From NCBI RefSeq assembly GCF_009914755.1, contig NC_060933.1: 64,000 nucleotides of DNA, one strand, 5' to 3'. Position numbers and translations under genes: made by a program. Below the pieces are notes generated by a model, which saw only the letters and a list, made by a program, of their open reading frames with translations, was not told the origin of the DNA and searched no databases. Shown piece by piece: positions 1 to 15,220 of this stretch. Every line of letters starts with the position of its first letter. Within the stretch, counting starts at the first letter, position 1. Source of the DNA: the human T2T-CHM13v2.0 reference genome, Homo sapiens.

Positions 1-715
1 GGAATGGAATGGAATAGAATGCAATGGAATTAACACGAATAGAATGGAATGGAATGGAATGGAATGGAAAAGAAAGGAATGGAATGGAATGGAATGGAAT
101 CAACCCAAGTGCAGGGGAATGGAATGGAATGGAATTCCATGGAATGGATTCATCCGGAATGGAATGGAATGGAATGGAATGGAATGGAATGGAATGGAAT
201 GGAATGGAATCAACCCGAGTGCAATGGAATGGAGAGGAATGGAATGGAATGGAATGGAAACTACCCGGATGGAATGGAATATAATGGAGTGTAAGGGAAT
301 TGAATAGAATGAATCCGAATGGACTGGAATGGAATGGAATGGAACGGAACGGAATGGAATTGAATGGAATGGAATGGAACGGAACGGAACGGAATGGAAT
401 GGAATGGAATGGAATGGAATGGAATCAACGTGAGTGCAGGGGAATGGAATGGAATGGAATGCAATGGAATGGAATCTGCCGGCATGGAATGGAATGGAAT
501 GGAATACAATGGAATGGAATGGAATGGAATGGAATCAACGCGAGTACAGGGGAATGGAATGGAATGGAATGGAATGAAATGGAATGGAATCATCCGTAAT
601 GGAATGGAAAGGAATGGAATGCAATGGAATGGAATGGAATGGAATAGAATGGAATCAAGTCGATTGCAATCGAATGGAATGGAATGGAATTAACCCGAAT
701 AGAATGGAATGGAAT

Positions 716-760
716 GGAACGGAACGGAACGGAACGGAACGGAACGGAACGGAACGGAAC
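716..760 (+). repeat. (GGAAC)9 variant micro-array within the satellite
   Basis: Nine consecutive GGAAC units shortly after TAACCCGAATAG at ~691. Confidence 0.9.
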
Positions 761-860
761 GGAATGGAATGGAACGGAGCGGAATGGAATGAAATGGAAT
801 GGAATGGAATGGAATCAACGCTAGTGCAGGGGAATGGAATGGAATGGAATGGAATGGAAT

Positions 861-875
861 GGAATCTTCTGGAAT
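861..875. promoter_or_regulatory. Perfect three-unit heat-shock element (nGAAn-nTTCn-nGAAn), putative HSF1 site
   Basis: Sequence gGAAtcTTCtgGAAt matches the HSE consensus. Motif match only; binding is not shown. Confidence 0.5.
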
Positions 876-3800
876 GGAATGGAATGGAATGGAACGGAAT
901 GGAATGGAATGGAATGGAATTAACCCGAATAGAATGGAATGGAATGGTATGGAACGGAAAGGAACGGAACGGAATGGAATGGAATGGAATGGAATGGAAT
1001 GGAATTGTATGGAATGGAATGGAATGGTATGGAATAGAATGGAATGGAAAGAATTGGAATGGAATGGAATGGAATGGAATGGAATGGAATGGAATCAACC
1101 CGAGTGCAGGTGAATAAAATGGAACGGAATGCAATCGAATGGAATCATACGGAATGGAATGGAATTCAATGGAATGGAATGGAATGGAATGGAATCAACC
1201 CGAGTGCAATGGAATGGAGTGGAATGGAATGGAATGGAATGGAACAACCCGAATGGAATGGAATGTAATGGAGAGTAAGGGAGTTGAATAGAATCAATCC
1301 GAATGTAATGGAATGGAATGGAACGGAATGGAATGGAATGGAATGGAATGGAATGCAATGGAAAGGAATCAACCCGAGTACAATGGAATGGAATGGAATG
1401 GAATGGAATGGAATGGAATCAACCCGAGTGCAATGGAATAGAGAGGAATGGAATGGAATGGAATGGAAACTACCCGAATGGAATGGAATGTAACGAAGTG
1501 TAAGGGAAGTGAATAGAATCAATCCGAATGGAATGGAATGGAATGGAACGAAATGTAATGTAATGGAATGGAATGGAATCAACCCGAGTGCAGGGGAATG
1601 GAATGGAATGGAATGCAATGGAATGGAATCATCCGGAATGGAATGGAATGGAATGGAATGGAATCAACCTGAGTGCAATGGAATGGAGTGAAAGGGAATG
1701 GAATGGAATGGAAACAACCAGAATGGATTGGAATATAATGGAGTGTAAGGGAATTGAATAGAATCAATCTAAATGTAATGAAATGGAATGGAACGGAATG
1801 GAATGGAATGGAATGGAATGGAATGCAATGGAATGGAATCAACCCGAATGCAATCGAATGCAATCGAATGGAATGGAATGCAATGGAATGGATTCAACTT
1901 GAATGGAATGGAAAGAATGGAATCAACACGAGTGGAATGGCATGGATTGGAATGGAATGGAATGGAATCAACCCGAGTAAAGGGGAATGGAATGGAATGG
2001 AATGCAATGGAATGGAATCATCCGTAATGGAATGGAAAAGAATGGAATGGAATGGAATGGAATGGAATGGAATGGAATCAACTCGATTGCAATCGAATGG
2101 AATGGAATGGAATTAACCCGAATAGAGTGGAATGGAATGGAATGGAACGGAACGGAATGGAATGGAATGGAATGGAATGGAACGGAAAGGAATGGAATGG
2201 AATGTAATGGAATGGAATGGAATGGAATGGAATGGAATGGAATGGAATGGAATCAACGCGAGTGCAGGGGAATGGAATGGAATCGAATGGAATGGAAAGG
2301 AATGGAAATGAATCAACCCGAGTGCAGGGGAATGTAATGGAACGGAATGCAATGGAATGGAATCATCCGGTATGGAATGGAATGGAATGGAATGGAATCA
2401 ACCCGAGTGCAATGGAATAGAGTGGAATGGAATGGAATGGAATGGAACAACCCGAATGGAATGGAATGTAATGGACAGTAAGGGAGTTGAAAAGAATCAA
2501 TCCGAATGTAATGGAATGGAATGGAACGGAATGGAATGGAATGGAATGGAATGGAAAGCAATAGAATGGAATCAACCCGAGTACAATGGAATGGAATGGA
2601 ATGGAATGGAATGGAATGGAAAGGAATCAACCCGAGTGCAATGGAATGGAGAGCAATTGAATGGAATGGAATGGAAACTACCCGAATGGAATGGAATGTA
2701 ATGGAGTGTAAGGGAATTGAATAGAATCAATCCGAATATAATGGAATGGAATGGAACGGAACGGAATGGAATGGAATGGAATGGAATGGAATGGAATGCA
2801 AAGGAATGGAATCAACCCGAGTGCAATCGAATGGAATCGAATGGAATGGAATGCAATGGAATGGATTCAACTTGAATGGAATGGAAAGAATGGAATCAAC
2901 ACGAGTGGAATGGCATGGAATGGAATGGAATGGAATGGAATGGAATGGAATGGAATGGAATCAACCGGAGTACAGGGGAATGGAATGGAATGGAATGCAA
3001 TGGAATGAAATCATCCGTAATGGAATGGAAAGGAACGGAAAGGAATGGAATGGAATGGAATGGAATGGAATGGTATGGAAAGGAATCAACTCGATTGCAA
3101 TCGAATGGAATGGAATGGAATTAACCCGAATAGAATGGAATGGAATGGAATCGAACACAACGGAATGGAATGGAATGGAATGGAATGGAATGGAATGGAA
3201 TTGTATGGAATGGAATGGAATGGTACGGAATAGAATGGAATGGAAAGAATTGGAATGGAATGGAATCGAATGGAATGGAATGGAATGGAATCAACCCGAG
3301 TGCAGGGGAATGAAATGGAACGGAATGCAAGGGAATGGAATCATCCGGAATGGAATGGAATGGAATGGAATGGAAAGGAATGGAATCAACCCGAGTGCAA
3401 TGGAATTGAGTGGAATGGAATGGAATGGAATGGAAAAACCCGAATGGAATGGAATGTAGTGGAGAGTAAGGGAGTTGAATAGAATCAATCCGAATGTAAT
3501 GGAATGGAAAGGAATGGAATGGAATGGAATGGAATGGAATGGAATGGAATGGAATGCAATGGAATGGAATCAACCCGAGTACAATGGAATGGAATGGAAT
3601 GGAATGGAATGGAATGGAATGGAATGGAATGGAATCAACCCGAGTGCAATGGAATGGAGAGATATGGAATGGAATGGAATGGAAACTACCCGAATGGAAT
3701 GGAATGTAATGGAGTGTAAGGGAATTGAATAGAATCAATCCGAGTGGAATGGATTGGAATGGAACGGAATATAATGGAATGGAATGGAATGGAATCAACC

Positions 3801-5624
3801 CGAGTGCAGGGGAATGGAATTGAATGGAATGCAATGGAATGGAATCATCCGGAATGGAATGGAATGGAATGCAATGGAATGGAATGGAATGGAATCAACC
3901 CGAGTGCAATGGAATGGAGTGAAATGGAATGGAATGGAATGGAAACAACCAGAATGGATTGGAATATATTGGAGTGTAAGGGAATGGAATAGAATCAATC
4001 TGAATGTAATGAAATGGAATGGAACGGAATGGAATGGAATGGAATGGAATGGAATGCAATGGAATGGAATCAACACAAGTGCAATGGAATGGAGTGGAAT
4101 GGAATGGAATGGAATGGAATGGATTCAACAAGAATGGAATGGAAAGAATGGAATCAACCTGAGTGTAATGGCATGGAATGGAATGGAATGGAATGGGATG
4201 GAATGGAATGGTACGGAATAGAATGGAATTGAATGAAATGGAATGGAATGGAATGGAATGGAATGAACCCGTGTGCAATGGAATGGAATGGAATGGAATG
4301 GAATGGATTCAACTCAAATGGAATCATCTCGATTGCAATGGAATGGAATGGAATGGAAGGGAATAGAATGGAATCAACCCGAGTGGAATGGAAAGGAATG
4401 GACTGGAATGGACTGGAATGGAATGGAATGGAATGGAATGAAATCGATTGGAATGGAATGGAATGGAATGGAATGGAATGGAATGGAATCAACTCGATTG
4501 CAATGGAATGGAATGGAATGGAATGGAATGGAATGGAATGGAATAGAATTAACACGAAAAGAATGGAATGGAATGGAATGAAACGGAATATAATGGAATG
4601 AAATGTAATGGAATCAACCCGAGTGCAGGGGAATGGAATGGAATGGAATGCAATGGAATGGAATCATCCGGAATGGAATGGAATGGAATGCAATCATCCC
4701 GATGCAATGGAATGGAGTGGAATGGAATGGAATGGAATGGAAACATACCGAATGGAATGGAAAGTAATGGAGTGTAAGGGAATTGAATAGAATCAATCCG
4801 AATGTAATGGAATGGAATGGAATGAAATGGAATGGAATCGAATGGAATCAACGCGAGTGCAATGGAATGGATTCGAATGGAATGGAATGGAATGGAATGG
4901 ATTCAACAAGAATGGAATGGAAAGGAATGGAATCAACCCGAGTGTAATGGCATGGAATGGAATGGAATGGAATGGAATGGAATGCAATGGAATGGTACGG
5001 AATAGAATGGAATGGAATGAAACGGAATGGAATGGAACGGAATGGAATGGAATGGAATGGAATGGAATGGAATGAACCCGTGTGCAATGTAATGTAATGG
5101 AATGGAATGGAATGGATTCAACTCGAATGGAATCAACTCGATTGCAATGGAATGGAATGGAATGAAAAGGAATAGAATGGAATCAACCCGAATGGAATGG
5201 AATGGAAAGGACTGCAATGGAGTGGAATGGAATGGAATGGAATTAACCCGAATAGAATGGAATGGAATGGAATGGAACAGAACGGAATGGAATGGAATGG
5301 AATGGAATGGAACGGAAAGGAATGGAATGGAATGGAATGGAATGGAATGGAATCAACGCGAGTGCATGGGAATGGAATGGAATGGAATGCAAAGGAATGG
5401 AATCTTACGGAATGGAATGGAATGGAATGGAATGGAATGGAATGGAATCAACACGAGTGCAATGGAATGGAGTGGAATGGAATGGAATGGAATGGAATGG
5501 ATTCAACAAGAATGGAATGGAAAGAATGGAATCAACCTGAGTGTAATGGCATGGAATGGAATGGAATGGAATGGGATGGAATGGAATGGTACGGAATAGA
5601 ATGGAATTGAATGAAATGGAATGG

Positions 5625-8100
5625 AATGGAATGGAATGGAATCAAACCGAGTGCAGGGGAATGGAATGCAATGCAATGCAATGGAATGGAATCATCCGGA
5701 ATGGAATGGAAAGGAATGGAATGGAATGCAATGGAATGGAATCAATCAAACCGAGTGTAATGGAATGGAGTGGAATGGAATGGAATGGATTGGAAACTAC
5801 CCGAATGGAATGGAATGGAGTGTAAGGGAATTGAAAAGAATCAATCCGAATGTAATGGAATGGAATGGAACGGAGTGCAAAGGAATGGAATGAAATGGAA
5901 TGGAATGGAATGGAATGGAATGGACACGTGTGCAATGGAATAGAATCGAATGAAATGGAATGGAATGGAATGGAATGGAATGGAATGGAATCAACTCGAA
6001 TGGAATGGAAAGGAATGGAATCAACCCGAGCGGAATGGCATGGCATGGAATGGAATGGAATGGAGTGGAATGGAATGGAATGGAATGGAATAGTACGGAA
6101 TAGAATGGAATGGTACGATATGGAATGGAATCGAATGGAATGGAATGGAATGGAATCAACCCGAGTGCAGGGGAAAGGAATGGAATGGAATGCAATGGAA
6201 TGGAGTCAACCCGAGTGGAAAGGAATGGAAAGACTGGAATGGAATTGAATTGAATGGAACGGAGTGGAATGGAATCAACCCGATTGCAATGGAATGGAAT
6301 GGAATTAACCCGAATAGAATGGAATGGAACGGAATGGAACGGAATGGAATGGAATGGAAAGGAATGGAATCAACCCGAGTGCAGGTTAATGGAATGGAAT
6401 GGAATGCAATGGAATGGAATCATCCGGAATGGAATGGAATGGAATCGAATGGAATGGAATGGAATCAACCCGAGTGCAATGGAATGGAGTGAAATGGAAT
6501 GGAATGGAATGGAAACAACCAGAATGGATTGGAATATAATGGAGTGTAAGGGAATTGAATAGAGTCAAGCCTAATGTAATGGAATGGAATGGAACGGAAT
6601 GGAATGGAATGGAACGGAATGAAATGGAATGCAATGGAATGGAATAGAATCAACCAGAGTGCAATGGAATGGAATGGAACGGAATGGAATGGAATGGAAT
6701 GGAAAGAATTCAACCCGAATGGAATGGAAAGGAATGGAATCAACCCGATTGGAATGCCATGGAATGGAATGGAATGGAATGGAATGGAACGGAGTGGAAT
6801 GGAATGGAATGGAATGGAATGGAATGGTAAGGAATAGAATTGAATGGAACGAAATAGAATGGAGTGGAATGGAATGGAATGGAATCGAATGGAATGGAAT
6901 GGAATCATTCCGAGTGGAATAGAAGGGAATGTATTTGAGTGGAATGGAAAGGAATGGAAACAACCAGAGTGGAATGGAAGGGAATGGAATGTAATGAAAA
7001 GGAATAGAATGGAATCAACCCGAGTGGAATGGAATGGAAAGGAATGGAATGGAATGGAATGGAAAGGAATGGAATGGAATCAACTCGAGTGGAATGGAAT
7101 GGAATGGAATGGATTGGAATGGATTGCAATGGAATGAAATGGAATGGAATGGAATGGAATCAATCATTCTGAGTGGAATGGAAGGGAATGTAATGGAGTG
7201 GAAGAAAGGAATGGAATCAACCCGAGTGGAATGCAAGGGAATGGAAGGGAATGGAAAGGAATAGAATGGAATCAACCCAAGTGGAATGGAATGCAAAGGA
7301 ATGGAATGGAATGGAATCAATCAACTCGTGTGCAATGGAATCGAGTGGAATGCAATGGAATGGAATGGAAACTACCCGAATGGAATGGAATGAAGGAATG
7401 GAATGGAATGGAATGGAATGGAATGGAATGGAATGAACCCGTGTGCAATGGAATGGAATGGAATGGATTCAACTCGAATGGAATCAACTCGATTGCAATG
7501 GAATGGAATGGAATGGAAGGGAATAGAATGGAATCAACCCGAGTGGAATGGAATGGAAAGGACTGGAATGAAGTGGAATGGAATGGAATGGAATTAACCC
7601 GAATAGAATGGAATGAAACGGAATGGAACGGAATGGAATGGAATGGAATGGAATGGAATCAACCCGAGTGTAGGGGAATGGAATTGAATGGAATGCAATG
7701 GAATGGAATCATCCGGAATGTAAAGGAATGGAATGGAATGGAATGGAATGGAATGGAATGGAATGGAATGGAATCAACTCGATATCACTGGAATGGAATG
7801 GAATAGAATGGAATGGAATTAACACGAATAGAATGGAATGGAATGGAATGGAATGGAACAGAAAGGAATGGAATGGAATGGAATTGAATCAACCCAAGTG
7901 CAGGGGAATGGAATGGAATGGAATTCAATGGAATGGAATCATCCGGAATGGAATGGAATGGATTGGAATGGAATGGAATAGAATCAATCCGAGTGCAATG
8001 GAATGGAGAGGAATGGAATTGAATGGAATGGAAACTACCCGAATGGAATGGAATATAATGGAATTGAATAGAATGAATCCGAATGGAATGGAATGGAATG
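5625..8100 (+). repeat. Copy 1 of near-identical ~2.5-kb direct repeat
   Basis: ORF pairs are identical or nearly so at offset 3007: 5797/8804, 5865/8872, 6145/9152, 6254/9261, 6465/9472, 6571/9578, 7015/10022. Shared private variants include GGACACGTGTG, AGTCAAGCCTAATG and CTCGATATCACT. Confidence 0.92.
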
Positions 8101-8631
8101 GAATGGAATGAACCCATGTGCAATGTAATGGAATGGAATGGAATGGAATGGATTCAACTCGAATGGAATCAACTCGATTGCAATGGAATGGAATGGAATG
8201 GAAAGGAAAAGAATGGAATCAACCCGAGTGGAATGGAATGGAAAGGACTGGAATGGAGTGGAATGGAATGGAATGGAATTAACCCGATTAGAATGGAAAG
8301 GAATGGAATGGAACGGAATGGAATGGAATGGAATGGAATGGATTCAACCCGAGTGCAGGGGAATGGAATGGAATGGAATGAAATGGAATGGAATGGAATG
8401 GATTCAACCCGAGTGCAGGGGAATGGAATGGAATGGAATGCAATGGAATGGAATCATCCGGAATGGAATGGAATGGAATGGAATGGAATGGAATCAACTT
8501 GATTTGAATGGAATGGAATGGAATGGAATGGAATGGAATCAACTCGATTTCAATGGAATGGAATGGGATAGAATGGAATGGAATTAACCCGAATAGAATG
8601 GAATGGAATGGAATGGAACGGAATGGAATGG

Positions 8632-11115
8632 AATGGAATGGAATGGAATCAAACCGAGTGCAGGGGAATGGAATGCAATGCAATGCAATGGAATGGAATC
8701 ATCCGGAATGGAATGGAAAGGAATGGAATGGAATGCAATGGAATGGAATCAATCAAACCGAGTGCAATGGAATGGAGTGGAATGGAATGGAATGGATTGG
8801 AAACTACCCGAATGGAATGGAATGGAGTGTAAGGGAATTGAAAAGAATCAATCCGAATGTAATGGAATGGAATGGAACGGAGTGCAAAGGAATGGAATGA
8901 AATGGAATGGAATGGAATGGAATGGAATGGACACGTGTGCAATGGAATAGAATCGAATGAAATGGAATGGAATGGAATGGAATGGAATGGAATGGAATCA
9001 ACTCGAATGGAATGGAAAGGAATGGAATCAACCCGAGCGGAATGGCATGGCATGGAATGGAATGGAATGGAGTGGAATGGAATGGAATGGAATGGAATAG
9101 TACGGAATAGAATGGAATGGTACGATATGGAATGGAATCGAATGGAATGGAATGGAATGGAATCAACCCGAGTGCAGGGGAAAGGAATGGAATGGAATGC
9201 AATGGAATGGAGTCAACCCGAGTGGAAAGGAATGGAAAGACTGGAATGGAATTGAATTGAATGGAACGGAGTGGAATGGAATCAACCCGATTGCAATGGA
9301 ATGGAATGGAATTAACCCGAATAGAATGGAATGGAACGGAATGGAACGGAATGGAATGGAATGGAAAGGAATGGAATCAACCCGAGTGCAGGTTAATGGA
9401 ATGGAATGGAATGCAATGGAATGGAATCATCCGGAATGGAATGGAATGGAATCGAATGGAATGGAATGGAATCAACCCGAGTGCAATGGAATGGAGTGAA
9501 ATGGAATGGAATGGAATGGAAACAACCAGAATGGATTGGAATATAATGGAGTGTAAGGGAATTGAATAGAGTCAAGCCTAATGTAATGGAATGGAATGGA
9601 ACGGAATGGAATGGAATGGAACGGAATGAAATGGAATGCAATGGAATGGAATAGAATCAACCAGAGTGCAATGGAATGGAATGGAACGGAATGGAATGGA
9701 ATGGAATGGAAAGAATTCAACCCGAATGGAATGGAAAGGAATGGAATCAACCCGATTGGAATGCCATGGAATGGAATGGAATGGAATGGAATGGAACGGA
9801 GTGGAATGGAATGGAATGGAATGGAATGGAATGGTAAGGAATAGAATTGAATGGAACGAAATAGAATGGAGTGGAATGGAATGGAATGGAATCGAATGGA
9901 ATGGAATGGAATCATTCCGAGTGGAATAGAAGGGAATGTATTTGAGTGGAATGGAAAGGAATGGAAACAACCAGAGTGGAATGGAAGGGAATGGAATGTA
10001 ATGAAAAGGAATAGAATGGAATCAACCCGAGTGGAATGGAATGGAAAGGAATGGAATGGAATGGAATGGAAAGGAATGGAATGGAATCAACTCGAGTGGA
10101 ATGGAATGGAATGGAATGGATTGGAATGTATTGCAATGGAATGAAATGGAATGGAATGGAATGGAATCAATCATTCTGAGTGGAATGGAAGGGAATGTAA
10201 TGGAGTGGAAGAAAGGAATGGAATCAACCCGAGTGGAATGCAAGGGAATGGAAGGGAATGGAAAGGAATAGAATGGAATCAACCCAAGTGGAATGGAATG
10301 CAAAGGAATGGAATGGAATGGAATCAATCAACTCGTGTGCAATGGAATCGAGTGGAATGCAATGGAATGGAATGGAAACTACCCGAATGGAATGGAATGA
10401 AGGAATTGAATGGAATGGAATGGAATGGAATGGAATGGAATGGAATGAACCCGTGTGCAATGGAATGGAATGGAATGGATTCAACTCGAATGGAATCAAC
10501 TCGATTGCAATGGAATGGAATGGAATGGAAGGGAATAGAATGGAATCAACCCGAGTGGAATGGAATGGAAAGGACTGGAATGAAGTGGAATGGAATGGAA
10601 TGGAATTAACCCGAATAGAATGGAATGAAACGGAATGGAACGGAATGGAATGGAATGGAATGGAATGGAATCAACCCGAGTGTAGGGGAATGGAATTGAA
10701 TGGAATGCAATGGAATGGAATCATCCGGAATGTAAAGGAATGGAATGGAATGGAATGGAATGGAATGGAATGGAATGGAATGGAATCAACTCGATATCAC
10801 TGGAATGGAATGGAATAGAATGGAATGGAATTAACACGAATAGAATGGAATGGAATGGAATGGAATGGAACAGAAAGGAATGGAATGGAATGGAATTGAA
10901 TCAACCCAAGTGCAGGGGAATGGAATGGAATGGAATTCAATGGAATGGAATCATCCGGAATGGAATGGAATGGAATGGAATGGAATGGAATGGAATGGAA
11001 TCAATCCGAGTGCAATGGAATGGAGAGGAATGGAATTGAATGGAATGGAAACTACCCGAATGGAATGGAATATAATGGAATTGAATAGAATGAATCCGAA
11101 TGGAATGGAATGGAA
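8632..11115 (+). repeat. Copy 2 of near-identical ~2.5-kb direct repeat
   Basis: Matches 5625-8100. The offset grows from 3007 to 3012 to 3017 through single-pentamer gains, and the copies diverge after TTGAATAGAATGAATCCG (8064/11081). Confidence 0.92.
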
Positions 11116-13699
11116 TGGAACGGAATGGAATGGAATGGAATGGAATGCAATGCCATGGAATCAACCCGAGTGCAATCAAATGGAATCGAACGGAATGGAA
11201 TGCAATGGAATGGATTCAACTTGAATGGAATGGAAAGAATGGAATCAACACGAGTGGAATGGCATGGATTGGAATGGAATGGAATGGAATCAACCCGAGT
11301 ACAGGGGAAAGGAATGGATTGGAATGGAATGAAATGGAATGGAATCATCCGTAATGTAATGGAAAGGAATGGAATGGAATGGAATGGAATGGAATGGAAT
11401 GGAATCAACTCGATTGCAATCGAATGGAATGGAATGGAATTAACCCGAATAGAATGGAATGGAATGGAATGGAATGGAACGGAACGGAATAGAATGGAAT
11501 CGAATGGAACGGAACGGAACGGAACGGAATGGAATGGAATGGAATGGAATGGAATCATCGCGAGTGCAGGGGAATGGTATGGAATGGAATGCAATGGAAT
11601 GGAATCTTCAAGAATGGAATGGAATGGAATGGAATAGAATGGAATGGAATGGAATGGAATGGAATCAACCCGAATACAGGGGAATGGAATGGAATGTAAT
11701 ACAATGGAATGGAATCATCCGTAATGGAATGGAAAAGAATGGAATGGAATGGAATGGAATGGAATGGAATGGAATGGAATGGAAACAACTCGATTGCAAT
11801 CGAATGGAATGGAATGGAATTAACCCGAATAGAATGGAATGGAATGGAACAGAACGGAACGGAACGGAATGGAATGGAATGTAATGGAACAGGACGGAAC
11901 GGAATGGAATGGAATGGAATGGAATGGAATAGAATCAACGCGAGTGCAGGGGACTGGAATGGAATGGAATGCAATGGAATGGAATCTTCCGGAATGGAAT
12001 GGAATGGAATGGAATGGAATGCAATGGATTCAACTCGATTGCAATGGAATGGAATAGAATGGAATGGAATGGAATGGAATGGAATTAACCCGAATAGAAT
12101 GGAATGGAATGGAATGGAACGGAACGGAACGGAACGGAACGGAACAGAATGGAATGGAATGGAATGGAATGGAATTGTATGGAATGAAATGGAATGGTAC
12201 GGAATAGAATGGAATGGAAGGAATTGGAATGGAATGGAATCGAATGGAATGGAATGAAATGCAATGGAATCAACCCGAGTGCAGGGGAATGTAATGGAAC
12301 GGAATGCAATGGAATGCAATCATCCGGAATGGAATGGAATTGAGTGGAATGGAATCAACCCGAGTGCAACGGAATGGAGTGGAACGAAATGGAATGGAAT
12401 GGAACAACCCGAATGGCATGGAATGTAATGGAGAGTAAGGGAGTTGAAAAGAATCAATCCGAATGTAATGGAATGAAATGAAACGGAATGGAATGGAATG
12501 GAATGGAATGGAATGGAATGGAATGGAATGGAAAGCAATGGAATGGAATCAACCCGAGTACAATGGAATGGAATGGAATGGAATGGAATGGAATGGAATG
12601 GAATGGAATGGAATGGAATGCAATGGAATGGAATCTTCCGGAATGGAATGGAATCGAATGGAATGGAATGGAATGGAATTAAACCGAATAGAGTGGAATG
12701 GAATGGAATGGAACGGAACGGAGCGGAACGGAGTGGAATGGAAAGGAGTGGAATTGTATGGAATGGAATGGCATGGTACAGAATACAATGGAATGGAAAG
12801 AATTGGAATGGAATGGAATCGAATGGAATGGAATGGAATGTAATGGAATCAACCCGAGTGCAGGGGAATGTAATGGAACGGAATGCAATGGAATGGAATC
12901 ATCCGGAATGGAATGGAATGGAATAGAATGGAATCAATCCGAGTGCAATGGAATGGAGTGGAATGGAATGGAATGGAATGGAACAACCCGAATGGAATGG
13001 AATGTAATGGAGAGTAAGGCAGTTGAAAAGAATCAATCCGAATGTAATGGAATGGAATGGAACAGAATGGAATGGAATGGAATGGAATGGAATGGAATGG
13101 AATGGAATGCAATGGAATGGAATCAACCCGAGTACAATGGAATGGAATGGAATGGAATGGAATGGAATGGAATGGAATGGAATGGAATGGAATGCAATGG
13201 AATGGAATCTTCCGGAATGGAATAGAATGGAATGGAATGGAATGGAATGGAATGCAATGGATTCAACTCGATTGCAATGGAATGGAATAGAATGGAATGG
13301 AAAGGAATGGAATGGAATGGAATTAAACCGAATAGAATGGAATGGAATGGAATGGAACGGAACAGAACGGAACGGAACGGAAAGGTGGGGAATGGAATGG
13401 AATGGAATTGTATGGAATGGAATGGAATGGTACGGAATAGAATGGAATGCAAAGAATTGGAATGGAATGGAATCGAATGGAATGGAATGGAATGGAATGG
13501 AATCAACCGGAGTGCAGGGGAATGTAATGGAACGGAATGCAATGGAATGGAATCATCTGGAATGGAATGGAATGGAATGGAATGGAATGGAATGGAATCA
13601 ACCTGAGCGCAATGGAATGGAGTGAAATGGAATGGAATGGAATGGAGACAACCAGAATGGATTGGAATATAATGGAGTGTAAGGGAATTGAATAGAATC

Positions 13700-15120
13700 A
13701 ATATGAATGTAATGAAATGGAATGGAACGGAATGGAATGGAATGGAATGGAATGGAATGGAATGCAATGGAATGGAATCAACCCGAGTGCAATCGAATGG
13801 AATCGAATGGAATGGAATGCAATGAAATGGATTCAACTTGAATGGAATGGAAAGAATGGAATCAACACGAGTGGAATGGCATGGATTGGAATGGAATGGA
13901 ATGGAATCAACCCGAGTATAGGGGAATGGAATGGAATGCAATGCAATGGAATGGAATCATCCGTAATGGAATGGAAAGGAATGGAATGGAATGGAATGGA
14001 ATGGAATGGAATGGAATCAACTCGATTGCAATCGAATGGAATGGAATGGAATTAACCCGAATAGAATGGAATGGAATGGAATGGAACGGAACGGAATGGA
14101 ATGGAATGGAATGGAATGGAATGGAATGGAACGGAAAGGAAGGGAATGGAATGGAATAGAATGGAATGGAATGGAATCAACGCGAGTGCAGGGGAATGGA
14201 ATGGAATGGAATGCAATGGAATGGAATCTTCCGGAATGGAATGGAATAGAATGGAATGGAATGGAATGGAATCAACCCGAGTGCAATGGAATGGAGTGGA
14301 ATGGAATGGAATGGAAGGGAACAACCCGAATGGAATGGAGTGGAATGGAGAGTAAGGGAGTTGAATAGAATCAATCCAAATGTAATGGAATGGAATGGAA
14401 CGGAATGGAATTGAATGGAATGGAATGGAATGCAATGGAATGGAATCAACCCGAGTGCAATGGAATGGAGAGGAATGGAATGGAATGGAATGGAAACTAC
14501 CCGAATGGAATGGAATGTAATGGAGTGTAAGGGAATTGAATAGAATCAATCCGAATGTAATGGAATGGAATGGAACGGAATGGAATGGAATGGAATGGAA
14601 TGGAATGGAATGCAATGGAATGGAATCAACCCGAGTGCAATCGAATGGAATCGAATGGAATGGAATGCAATGGAATGGATTCAACTTGAATGGAATGGAA
14701 AGAATGGAATCAACACGAGTGGAATGGCATGGATTGGAATGGAATGGAATGGAATCAACCCGAGTACAGGGGAATGGAATGGAATGGAATGCAATGGAAT
14801 GGAATCATCCGTAATGGAATGGAAAGGAATGGAATGGAATGGAACGGAATGGAATGGAATGGAATGGAATGGAATCAACTCGATTGCAATCGAATGGAAT
14901 GGAATGGAATTAACCCGAATAGACTGCAATGGAATGGAATGGAACGGAACGTAATGGAATGGAATGGAATGGAATGGAATGGAACGGAACGGAATGGAAT
15001 GGAATGGAATGGAATGGAATGGAATCAACGCGAGTGCAGGGGAATGGAATGGAATGGAATGCAATGGAATGGAATCTTCCGGAATGGAATGGAATGGAAT
15101 GGAATGGAATGGAATGGAAT
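13700..15120 (+). repeat. Tandem copies of the ~848-bp cassette unit
   Basis: ORF pairs 13717/14565 and 13842/14690 have offset 848. GGATTCAACTTG occurs at ~13830 and ~14678. Confidence 0.8.
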
Positions 15121-15220
15121 GAAATGCAATGGATTCAACTCGATTGCAATGGAATGGAATAGAATGGAATGGAATGGAATGGAATGGAATTAATCCGAAT
15201 AGAATGGAATGGAATGGAAT

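Noticed and set aside
13381-13392. G-rich variant AAAGGTGGGG and GCAGGGG motifs as G-quadruplex seeds
   Set aside because: The G3+ tracts are isolated and far apart, and I saw no four closely spaced G3 runs.
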